From the NCBI RefSeq assembly GCF_036321535.1, contig NC_087437.1, positions 47,308,001 to 47,372,000 of the forward strand: 64,000 nucleotides of DNA, written 5' to 3'. Under the pieces are notes generated by a model. That model was not told where the DNA came from. It made no database searches and saw only the letters and a program-made list of their open reading frames with translations. The stretch comes from Camelus dromedarius (lineage: Eukaryota). Below, in pieces: positions 53,290 through 64,000 of the stretch (its first letter is position 1; each line of letters opens with the position of its first letter). A program made the position numbers and the translations under genes.

Positions 53290-53975
53290 CCACATGTGCC
53301 AATGGCTTTAAGGTCTTCAAATATCAAATAATATTCCGAAATGTATATATTTAGTTGTGTGGGCTCTTTTCCAAGTCTCAGAGCTCTACATTTATCTGCC
53401 TCTGGATATCTCCACCTGGGGAGTCTTCAGGCATTTACAACTCAGCATGTCCAGTTGAAATGGCCCTCTTTCTAAACCCTCACAGACACTCATACTCACA
53501 TGTGCCCCAATCCTCCCTGCTGTTCACACTGCACCTCTTGCTCTCCTTGGCACATGACCAACCACACTGTCACTATGTTGCACTGCCCCTATCTATGCCC
53601 TAAGCATCAACCCCTTCTTTTCCATCCACCCTGTCACTCTCCTAGTAGCTGCAGCCTCAGAATCAGCCTTTCCGCCTCCAATCGCTCCACTACCCCAACC
53701 CCAATTCATTCTTTACACAAGAAGAAACTTTAACAAATGAATATCTGATCATATCCTACTGTGAGTAGAACTATGTAATGACTTCTCATTGCCTTTGTGA
53801 TGAAGCTCAAATACCTTAACTTGACCTACAAGTGGTTCATGAATTCATCCCAGTGGCATTTCCAGCCTCATCTCCCCCCACCCACATCCCCTGCTCTAGC
53901 CACACTGAATCATTTCTTCAAACCTACCAAACTTTCTCAAGACTCTGTGCCTTTTCCCCTGCTCTCTGTCTAGCC
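53290..53975 (+). mobile_element. L2 fragment
   Basis: GGATATCTCCACCTGGG...CTCAGCATGTCC and ATCTGATCATATCCTACT motifs. Confidence 0.65.
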
Positions 53976-54329
53976 TTCCTCTTAGTGTCAGCAGAAGGAC
54001 TAGTGAGAGCATGAACTCCAGAGACCAAATGCCTGGGTTCAAATCCTGTCTCCACCCTGGGCATGATACTTGCCTTGTTTTGGATTCACATTATTTGGAG
54101 GTTCAGAAAATACCAGGAGGGGAGCAGGGAAGAGAGGAAGGAAAGAGAGGTCTCCCCATTAAAGGGAAGGCTATCAGGCCAGCCACCTCTGTGCATGGCT
54201 TACATTGTATCCCACAGGGACACTCTGAAAACCAGTAAAGAACTCTTGCTTCAGAGTCATCCCACCTAAGAATTATCCACCTGAAACCTGCCTGAGAGGC
54301 AAGGTTCCTGGGTTATGAGAAAAGTTCTC

Positions 54330-54645
54330 TTTTTCTAGCTTTAGTGAGATATAACTGACACATAATATTGTGTAAGTTTAAAGTATACAACATGATGATT
54401 TGATACACATATATTGCAAAATAATCTGCAACAATAGGGTTAGTTAACAATTCATCATCTCACATAATTACCATTTTGTGTTTGTGTGTGATAAAAATAT
54501 CTAAGAGCTACTCTCTTAGCAACTGTCAAGTAGATAATATACTATTATTAACTATAGCCAATATGTTGGACATTAGATCCCCAGAACTTATTCATCTAAT
54601 AATTGGAAGTTTGTACACTTTGACCAATGTTTCCCCATTTCCACC
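54330..54645 (-). mobile_element. L1MA-type 3'UTR fragment
   Basis: TTTAGTGAGATATAACTGACA...CATTAGATCCCCAGAACTTATTCATCT. Confidence 0.75.
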
Positions 54646-54649
54646 TAAT

Positions 54650-55035
54650 AGGACATGTGTGACTTTGTTATTGTCTTTATTTGGAGATTAAGTATGTTTT
54701 AAGGAGATGTGTAAGGGTGCCAAGGTGACCAGACATGGACTACGATGATCAGTTCTATGTGTCAACTTGGCTAGAATGTAGTTTCAGGTATTCAGTCAAA
54801 CACTATTCTAGGTGTTACTGTGAAAGTATTTTGTAGATATGATTAGGTCTACAATCAGCTGACTCTAAGCAAGGGAAATTATCCTAGATAATCTGGGTAG
54901 GCCTGATTCTATCAGTTCAATGGTCTTAACAGCAGAACCAAGGTTTCCCTGAAGAAGAAATTCTGTCTATGGCCTAAAGCTTCAGCTCATGCCTGAGAGT
55001 TCCAGCTAGACCTTCCTGACAGCCCGCCCTACAAA
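54650..55035 (+). mobile_element. ERVL 3' internal remnant plus MLT2-like LTR
   Basis: GGGTGCCAAGGTGACCAGACATGGACT, then ATGTGTCAACTTGGCTAG...GTCAAACACTATTCTAGGTGTTACTGTGAAAGTATTTTGTAGAT. Confidence 0.75.
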
Positions 55036-56349
55036 TAGACATACATGTACATATAACACATATACATATTATAAAGATACATAGATATATTTTGCTTGCA
55101 TATGACTATCTTAGCAAATGCAAGAAACTGGTATTGTTATTTTCCTTCTGGGAGGGAACTTGGTGGCTAAAAGATAGGGAAGGGAGAGACATTTTTCACT
55201 GTATAACCTTTAGTAACTTTGAATTTTGAACTATTTGAATGCAAGCTACTCAAAATGTTTTTCTTTTTTTTTGTTAATTTTAAAGAGATATAATACCTTG
55301 AGAGAGTATGATTCTAATTCTTTCTTATTTCCTCTTCCCTATTCCTTATATTCAGGTCTTATCTATGCCCACCTAGGTAGATTGGCCCAAAACACAGTTT
55401 TTAAACACAAAACTTTCAAACTGTGACTCCTTAAAATCTATCCACATCTTGAAAGGTTCAATGGACAACATAATCTTAAAAGACTTTGAAATTGTTCAAG
55501 GGAGTCCATATTTGCCAAACTTTGGTGCTACAAGCAATATGAGGGAATTCATGGGAAAAAGAAAAAAAAAACTCTGTAGGGAGAATTTGCTAGTTGTTTC
55601 AATGTTATGTAGAAAAATATTGTTGAGATTCACTCTGAAATGAGCAAAACATCAAAGAAATAGGTGAGCACTCAATTGCAGCCCAATAGGAAGCGCCATT
55701 ACACTGTGTTACAGGGTAATCATTCATCTTTAGTGTTTCCTGTGATTTCTGGAATATCATTTGAAGCCATGTAAGTTTATGGTGATGCACTGACCAGGAC
55801 CAGTCTCTGTAGTGTGAAATGGCAGCTGTTGTCACTAAAAAATAATACTTCATTTCCATACCAGACATAATCTCCAATTCAGATCCTTACTATTAATAGA
55901 TGACAAAATAAGGAACTAATTCTCCATTAATAAAATGTCAGGGAATAAAAAGCCAACATACAAATGATACACAGGGAAACTAAGAAACAGCCGCATGACC
56001 AGCATGATCCCAGAGGTCAGACTGTGGCTTTATCTATTGAATTCTTGCTTTCTTTGTTACTGATTTTATTGTAAGAAAAATGCTGTATCTGTGAATTACA
56101 GGGAGGGAAATAAGGAAATAAGTAAGTTAGCTTCTGGTGCTCCCAGAAGAAAATTAATTAAAATAACAGCTGGAACAATAAGCAAGGAAAAGTCCTTTAA
56201 AAATCAAAGATTACAGAGAGCTCAGTGGTGTCAAAGCTCTTGGGGAGTACACAGCCCACGAAAAATCATGACAACTGTAGCCAACTATCAGGCACTGTAC
56301 AGTTATCTGGGTTTGCTAGCATTATGGCAATCAAATATCAACTCTCTGC

Positions 56350-57350
56350 AAAAAAATATAAAATCAGTATGTTTCCTATTCACAGCCTAATAGAAAATAG
56401 GTAAAACTTTCCTGAGCAAAGCACAAAGCCATAGAGAATATTGACAGATTAAACTACATCAAAATATTGACAGATTCAAAAACATCCATAAAAGTTCACA
56501 AGCAAGTGAAAGACACAGATTAATTATTTACAATTCATTTAATAGACAAATCAACTATATGTCTTATAAAGTGCTCCTAAAAATTAAGAAGAAAAACAGA
56601 AGGCAACAGATAATCAGCAAAGGATAGGCATGGGCAATTTATTGAACAGAAATAAAAACGGCTGATAAGCATTTGGAAAGATGTTTAATTACATTAAATA
56701 ATCAAGAAAGCGTAACTAAAACAACAATAATATGTCACATTTCCCTCATCAGCCTGTAGAATATTTAAATGGTATGATTCCCAGTGTTACTACTGTGTAA
56801 AAATGAAAACTCTTTCTGTTTCTGTGTGTGCAAATTAGTATAGCCCTTATGGAGGACAATTTAGGAGTATTATCAAATTTTAAAATGTGAGTTACATTTA
56901 ACATAGCAATCCACCTCCAAGGGTATCTCTTAGAGATATAATTATACTTAGATACATGACTGAGGATAACAATGCTGTTCACAGTAAAAAGAAAATGGAA
57001 AATGAAGGTCCATCAGTAAGGAAAGTTGTCAAATATGCTATGGTATATGTGTACCTTGGACATCTATGCAGTGATTAAAAAACTGAAGTAGACACACATG
57101 TACAAACACGCAAAGACCTGCAAGACGTAATATTTTAAAAGTGAATCAAATTTATTTCTCATACATATAAAATGGATATATGCACATCTATGTACACTAT
57201 ATAAATCTATAACTATATGGGGAAAATCTGAAATTATAAACACCAAAGAGTTAATGGTGGTTTCTTCTGGGGAGGAGTATTAAATAGAGGACAAAAAATG
57301 AAAGCGGGCTTCATTTTTTATTCTTTGTAATTCTATGTAACCTATATCTT
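56350..57350 (+). mobile_element. Old L1ME-type ORF2 end and 3'UTR
   Basis: CATAGCAATCCACCTCCAAGGGTATCT and GTGGTTTCTTCTGGGGAGG motifs; A-rich. Confidence 0.7.
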
Positions 57351-57409
57351 AATTTCTATAACATGGTGTAGCGAGTGAGCTAAGTGACACCCTCAGAAAC
57401 ACGTGTCCT

Positions 57410-57720
57410 ATTACGATTAGCCCTATGTATTCACTTGCCTAGGCTATAGCGCCTAGTTATTCAATCAAACACTAATGTAGCTGTTACTGTGAGGAATTTT
57501 GTAGATATGGTTAACATTTTGATTGTTGACTTTAAAGGTTACCCTTGATGTAGTGGATAAACCTCATCCAATCAGTTAAAGGCCTTAAGAGTAACAACTG
57601 AGATTCTACAGTAAGACTGTAAAATCAATTTCTGACTGAGTTTTGAGCATGCCCACCTGATCTACAGATTTCAGATTTGTCAACTCTCAAATGAGCCAAT
57701 TCGTTGAGAGAGAGAGAGTC
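57410..57720 (+). mobile_element. MLT2-like LTR (partial)
   Basis: TCAATCAAACACTAATGTAGCTGTTACTGTGAGG...CCTCATCCAATCAGTTAAAGGCCTTAAGAG. Confidence 0.75.
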
Positions 57721-57742
57721 TTTCATAGACACAATGACATGA

Positions 57743-58291
57743 GGTGCCCCTCCATACTCAGGCCTGAGGGTGGAGGGGCACCCCGTCTCAAGACACATGA
57801 CAGGCCTCGGGGAGGAGGTTAAGTGCACCCGAATCATGTGTCTATTAAACAGGTGCACACCCATACACAGGTCTGGGTATGGATGTGAACTTGTATGATG
57901 TGTCTATTATACGGGTGCACATAAATACACAGGTCTGTTATGGATATGTATATACATAAAATATGTATATTACACTATATATGTGAATATATATACATTA
58001 TGATATAATGTATATACATTATGATATATATACATTATGATATAATATAATTTATATTATACATGTGTGTATCCATACACATGTCACTGTATGGATATAT
58101 ATACACATTATATATATATTATATATACACATATCTGTATGTGGATATGTATGTATTATATGTATATTATATAATTTATATGCATATATACATATATAAT
58201 TTATACATATATAATTAATACATACATAGATATGATATATATACATACAAAATATGTGTATTATATAGGTGTACATCCACCCCCACGCCTG
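57743..58291. repeat. Palindromic ~61-bp minisatellite with an AT-rich (TA)n core, left block
   Basis: 40-nt near-palindromes centred on AGGCCT/AGGTCT at 57743-57782, 57852-57891 and from 57914. Confidence 0.75.
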
Positions 58292-58330
58292 TCTAACTTA
58301 CACCTCAGCTCATATGAGGAACAAATGATC

Positions 58331-58713
58331 TTTTTTTTTTTTTTTTTTTGGTTGAGTAAAGGTAGATTTATTTAGAGATTCATCAAGAGGCAAGAGAAAA
58401 GCCACGAGGTGTGGGGGTTGGGTGCTCAGAGTAGTGTAAAAGTATGCACACACTCCTTAGACAGAGCACGGGCAGTGTCCGAAGAGGGAGAGAGAGGGGG
58501 CTGCGGCCTTGGGACTGTCTGACGCCTGTGAGCACGTTATTCACCATGCTAATATATTACAATGGTTGAATAATGAAGGTCAAGATCTATTAGAAATCAA
58601 ATCTCCCACCATTTTGAGCCTCAAGGTCCCCTGGGGGTTGAATCTTTCACCATTCTGGTGTTAACTGCTGTGCTATTCCTTGAATGGCTGTGCCCTGCCC
58701 CCTTCCTGTCTCA
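58331..58713 (-). mobile_element. ERV 3' LTR (U3-R only) ending in poly(A)
   Basis: Minus strand: polypurine tract GAGGGGGAA (58722-58714), TGAGACAGG start at 58713, AATAAA at 58372-58367, then 17 nt and a 19-nt A-tract (58349-58331). Confidence 0.8.
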
Positions 58714-61700
58714 TTCCCCCTCAGAGATTTTACTCCCATCATCTTCTTAAGGGGTTGCAGAGGGATGATGGTCCATCTTCTGAAGCTACTTCCAGGCTGA
58801 GTAGGGGCTTTGACCCTGCCTATCAAGGAGTAAAAATCCTCTGGATGCCTAATCTAGGGGCTCCAGGGGCAGGACAGTCGTTTGTTTTTGTGTCCAGAGT
58901 GCCGAGGGTATGGGCCATCATTTGATGTGGGACTGCTGTAACCCACTGTTTCCACTGACTTCTGATGAATTTTTTTAAAGATGAAGCACCTTTCTAACAA
59001 CTGGACAGTCTGTAACAACAAAAAGACTTAAAAGGCATGGTGAAACATCTGTAATTGATAGAGATTTGTTTGTAATTACTAGAATTACGACTGATTACAT
59101 TTAACTTAATATATTAAATAATCCTAGTTAACTTAATATCTGAGATGTCTCAGGTTTTCTTTAAAGCATCTTAAAGTTAGCTGGGGCTACAAAGAACTTT
59201 CTGAATTTGTTAGATATTTAAAATCCTGATTATGTATGAAAACTTTTCCCTTTTTTTGTAGTTTTTTTTTTTTAATGAAACTCTTACTGAAAACACACAT
59301 CTTACTTTCCTACTGTATACTGAAATACTTACTTTAGGAGCTTTAATTACATATATTATCATTTTAACCCTCAAAAACCTTAAATCTCTTGCAAAAACCA
59401 AGAAGAAAGCAACTGTGAATTGGTTGTCATATCACCGTTTCCTGACTGGAAACTTTATTTTAGTTTGTTTTTGTTTTTCTTTCTAAAGCAAAGGGAGATA
59501 AACTTAGATCAGCCCAGTAATTAATGTTTTAAGATTTTATAAATGACACAGATAGTCAGTGAACTTTTTAACTTGGTTTTAAGTTTTAAGTACCAAAATT
59601 CGGAGAGACACTTTTGAGAAGGAAAAGCTGGGCTGGGCTAACAAGCTAACTCACAAATCTAAGTGTAACAAGTGTCAGATTACTGATCTGAGTTCTGCTG
59701 GATTAACTGGTAAATCTAAGTTAATTAGTGTTGGTTTGCTGATTCCCTGTTCACGTTTTTTTGCTAGCCAGCTGGATTTTCAAAGAGACATATCTGGCCT
59801 TGAAATGTTGGTTTGCTTCCTCCCTGCCTCTACTTTCGTGATAATGATGCTGCTAAAGCTGTTCCATGCCTATTGGCCGAATACCCCAAACTTGTAATTA
59901 ACCCTATAAAACCTCATGCACACATCTTGGAGGTGCTAAAAGCTTCGGAGCAGAAGCCCCTTTGAGCCCGCCGGCATAATAAATCTGGGTACTCCAAACC
60001 TCCTAGTGGTGCTTGTTTCTTGGCTGGCCTGTCATTTCCGTAACACTTTTAGGTATATAGTTTCAAAAGAAAACTCCTATAGAGTTTACCCCAAAGTTCT
60101 TATTTTGTTTACTTTTTGAAAGTTTTTTTACATTGAGTTACTTTTTTTGTTGACAAATATGCAATAGATATAATAAAGTTTTGCTTGACCTCTAGTAAGC
60201 CTAGGCACAACTGAAGTATTATACTTAACATTGATGTCTCTAAAGACACGTTTATATTAATTAAACCAATAAGCTTAAGCTAGCTTCAATACCAATACCA
60301 GTACTGAATCCTTTTTAGATAACGTGAACCTGAAATTTATTTTGGCCAATTTTCTCTATGTTTGAGTATTTATATAAGTACTTAATTTCCTTTCAGCCAA
60401 TTAAAGAGCTCTTTTATCATTTAATTGTGTCAATACCATACATCTATGACATACAAACCAGACACCTTATAGTTTTCATTTTAAAATTTTAGTCATGAAT
60501 CTGATAGAACAAAGTAAACCCACTGGCTCCAAAAGAAGTTGGATTTAAACTGGGGGTTTTGGCAGACAGAACAAATCAAAGTTGCCCATCTAGATGGCTA
60601 AGCCTTTTTACTAATATTTATGAAAAAGAGATAAAATTTTTACTTATCCTTAGCAAATTAAGTTCCAAATTATTTATCCCCTCCACATCCCTTCTTTTTT
60701 TTTTTTGAAATTTGCATTTTAAAAAGATGGTGAGATCAGAGTTCCTGGAGAAGACAAGGTAGAATATTTGTATCTCCAAAGCATAGGAAGGGAAGTTTCT
60801 CCTAGAAAAATTTTTGTTTTTTTAAAGGCCAGAAAAAACATCTTTTTTTAATACTTGTCTCTTGAGATAAATACATTGGGGAGGTTTTGGGAGTGGTAGA
60901 AGGATTGGTGGGCTTTGTATCCTTTTTGGAGCCACACCTCTGGTCCTGTAAAGACTGGATTTGTAAAACAAAGACAGTTTTGTTTTTTCTCATTTAGCTT
61001 AGGGGAGACATTTCCAAAAAAAATTTATTATGGTTCCGAATATCAGTGATGGTCAGTTTAGTCCAACCGATGGCCTCCCATTTGGCTATCTATTTACAAA
61101 CACTTTTGAGAAGCCTTCCTGGGTTTGAGAGATTTTTTTCATTAAAGCTCTTGGTTTGGCCTTTGATCTGAAGAGGCTTGCTTGTAGCCTCACGTGGTCC
61201 TGTTTCTGATAGTAACCTGACAACAGTAGCTCTGTCCGGGACGTCAGTTTCCCAGGCAGCAGGGTTTCCTTGAGAATCAATATGGGGTGGAAGGGAGACC
61301 TCCTCTGGCTTGGGACTGAGGCAGGCTTCCAAAGCCAAGAGTAGACATTTTTTTGGATGTGTGTCTTTCATGTAACGGTCTTTGAATGGGATTATTTCTT
61401 GGGACCTACTGAGCAAGTAGGTCCCTTCCCAATGAGGGGATGGGGCACTCAGCCACCAGCAAAAACTCTTGTGTAGAAGTAAATTTTTAGTAAGCACCTT
61501 GTCTGGGGCCTTCTATTGATCCCTGTTATTACACAGGATTGGGAGGACAAGGGTCCAGGGAAATCAGTCAGCACAGAGTAGGTGGCTCCCTTACCTACCT
61601 TACCTAATAAGAAGACAACTTTTCTACCTGCCACGTCAAGGGCTACCCAAGGTTCCACCGGAGAAATGACCTAGTGTCCTGTGGGAGCCAGGGAGGGTCC

Positions 61701-62118
61701 CAGGTCCCGTCAGTCTTAAGTCATTTCAGCCGTCATTGGTTTGGGAGCCCCAAGCCCCCTTCGGCAAAGGGGGCAGTCCCGCTACCAGTGGCCTTTTTGT
61801 TTGCATATGGGGCAGGGTCCTGGTGGACTTTTCGCATACACGGGGCATTTGTTTTCCAGTGGCCCTCCTGGTTGTACTTAAAACAGGTCCCTTTTTGGCG
61901 AGACAGTGGCTCTGATGCAGGCATCCTGGGTCCTGTCCTCACCATGGGTCTTGGTGGAGGGTAACTCTGAGATGGTGCAAAGATGAAGGCTGCCACTAAG
62001 AATTGCGCCTTTTGCTGTTGTCCCTGAATCCTTTTTTTGCCTCTTTAGCCCTGTCTCTATTGTGCAATACTTTAAATGTCAGATCCATGAGCTGATTCAT
62101 GGGGATCTGGGGTCCCCA
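58714..62118 (-). mobile_element. Degenerate class I (gamma-like) ERV internal region: gag end, pro, start of pol, AT-rich non-coding stretch
   Basis: Gag GPQIPMNQLMDLTFKV and decayed zinc knuckle CFKYNQEGHW (ORF 61733..61996). Protease EPWVALDVAGRKVVFLL...GATYSVL (ORF 61449..61658), with the DTG motif destroyed. Confidence 0.85.
59615..60045 (+). mobile_element. Nested solo LTR (ERV1-like), 431 bp
   Basis: TGAGAAGG...GTAACA termini, TSD CTTT (59611-59614 and 60046-60049), TATAAA at 59905 and AATAAA at 59978. Confidence 0.85.
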
Positions 62119-63506
62119 GCTGCCCAGAAGGGGCCTTAGGGGTAGATGATTGGGAAGATCTCTCCAGTGGGGTCCTTCCCAACAGGAAGCAATGGAAGAA
62201 TTTTAAAAATCTCCTAATAAGATCCCTGGCCTTGGGGCTTCCAGATCCCACAAGGCCCTTCCAGTTCTCTGTTTATGAGAGAGGAAGAATAGTCTCGAGG
62301 GTCCTCACCCAATGGGTGGGTCCTACCCAACAGACTATGGGATACCTCTCCAAACAGGCAGATCCCACTGCTTGAGGCTGGCCTTCCTGCCTAAGAGTGT
62401 AGGGAGCCCTTTCCACTCTCCTGGAGGAAGCTTTTAAGCTAATTCTGGGGGCCCCTATACAAGCATACACTAACCATCAAGTTTCTGACCTTTTCAAAGG
62501 CAAGGGACATTTCTGGCTCTCAGATGCTCGGCTTCTTAAATATCAGGCATTCTTACTGGAAAACCCAGATGTCACTGTCTCTGTTTGTGGGACACTCAAT
62601 CCTGCTACACTATTACTATCACCAGACAAGTCTCTTCCCTTTTGCCTATGTCATGAGACCCTATCCATTTCTCTAGGAGCTAGAAGAGATCTCACCAACC
62701 AACCCCTGGAAAACCCTGATGAGATCTAGTTCACCGATGGGAGCCACATATTCTCATGAACCTCTTAGCGATCTGCGACTGCTTTCCAAGCAACACTCTG
62801 GTGAGACTCTTCCATCGCCCTAGGGGACTATGGATCCCTGTTAGATAAACCTCTTTCTTAAATGTCTCCTGGTTGAAATCTTTTCTCTTTTAGGGCCCCC
62901 ACCAAACTGTTTTAATACTAATTTAAAATGTCTCTGACATTAGGGTCCCTCTTTTGACTCCTCCTTTAGTTCACTGGACTAACACTCCAACAACTGCTTT
63001 CTAAAACCTAAACCAACAGAAAGCACAGAAATCAATGTTGTTTAAGACCCTTGTTTGCCTCTTTCATCCTTGGTTGGCTAGGATTAGCTCTATATATTTG
63101 ACCTCTATCTTTTCAACCTTCTTATGAAAATTGTTTCTTCTCAACTAGAGATAAACTTCAAATGATTATATAACAAGGTAATCAACCAATCAGCCAAGAC
63201 CACTTCGCTCACATCCTGCCCAAGGACAGGCAGCTAGTCTGGGACCCCAACGAGCTCCATTATCGCCCCAGATCAGCAGGAAGCAGCTAAAGGAGTCCTC
63301 GCTCTCTACATCCCCAAGATTTGGGGTCTTATGACTAGAGGGGGGAATCTTAAGTAGCAGAGGCAGAAATGAGCATTGGGCAAAGGGAGAGGAAGGGGAA
63401 AGGAAAAATCCAGAACACAAGAAACCTGAGCTCTCAGCCAGAGCGCAGGGAAACTGAGCTGTCAAACAAACAATCAATCAACCAACCAACCAATCAATCA
63501 ATCACA
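62119..63506 (+). mobile_element. Second, internally deleted class I ERV fragment: pol, env tail, PPT, start of LTR
   Basis: LALGLPDPTRPF...VLTQ...GYLSK, WLSDARLLKYQA and FTDGS (62730), fused to an integrase-like end YSHEPLSDLRLL (62749). Env TM-tail-like sequence at ~63040-63180, PPT AGAGGGGGGAA at 63337-63347. Confidence 0.8.
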
Positions 63507-64000
63507 AGGCCTGGGGGTAACTATCACTGGCCTGGGGGTGGAAGCACACCCCGTGTCATGCCTCCATGAGACGGCATGCCCCTCCACCCCCAGGCCTGTG
63601 GGTGGAGGTGAAGTGCACCCATTCATGTGTCTATTAAACAGGTGACCATCCATACATAATCCAGGTATGGATGTGCACCCATATCATTTGTCTATTATGG
63701 GAGTGCACATAAACACACAGGTCTGTGTATGTATATGTATATATATAATATGTATATTATATATGTATATAGACATATACGTACATATATTATCTAATAT
63801 ATATACCTCAATATATCTACATATAAAATAAGTATATAGTTGTACATACACCCCGAGGCCTGGTGGCAGAGGCACTCCCCATGTCACAAGTCTGTGAGAC
63901 GGGGTGCAACTCCACTCACATTATACGAGTGCACATCCCTTCCCAGGCCTGGGTAAACACATTATACAGGTACACATCCATACCAGACCTGTGTATGGAT
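63507..64000. repeat. Palindromic ~61-bp minisatellite, right block (runs off the window)
   Basis: Shares AAGTGCACCC..TCATGTGTCTATTAAACAGGTG and GTGCACATAAA.ACACAGGTCTG with the left block. Confidence 0.75.

Noticed and set aside
54646..57413. 15-bp inverted match TAATAGGACATGTGT / ACACGTGTCCTATTA
   Set aside because: A short, imperfect, isolated match with unrelated repeats between; no evidence that it forms TIRs.
57743..58291. CRISPR-like palindromic repeats with spacers
   Set aside because: The context is eukaryotic, the spacers are similar to each other, the repeats are degenerate and there are no cas genes.

Overview
This is mammalian genomic DNA, probably from a cetartiodactyl. The young L1 3'UTR and the lack of recognisable Alu/B1/Bov-tA/PRE/SINEC copies suggest a camelid (inference). 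The window holds the four coding exons of KCNMB2 (BK channel beta-2 subunit, + strand, 10904-43822, 235 aa, intact, GT-AG introns) in a background of ancient MIR, L2, MER5, MER20, MLT2 and L1M repeats. Four structures stand out. (1) A ~3-kb chimeric, ORF1-only (half-L1-like) element lies antisense just after KCNMB2 coding exon 2 and is bounded by a perfect 17-bp TSD. (2) A daughter copy of it at 105-1107 carries the source TSD, intron flank, splice donor and 103 nt of the KCNMB2 exon in inverted orientation. This looks like local 3' transduction and creates a ~0.9-kb inverted repeat probably within the same pre-mRNA. (3) A twin-primed L1 lies at 21298-23322. (4) A composite ERV block at 58331-63506 ends in a poly(A)-tailed U3-R, contains a nested solo LTR and a strand-switch junction, and sits in a palindromic ~61-bp minisatellite. 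Repeat boundaries and family names are by-eye estimates, not database results.
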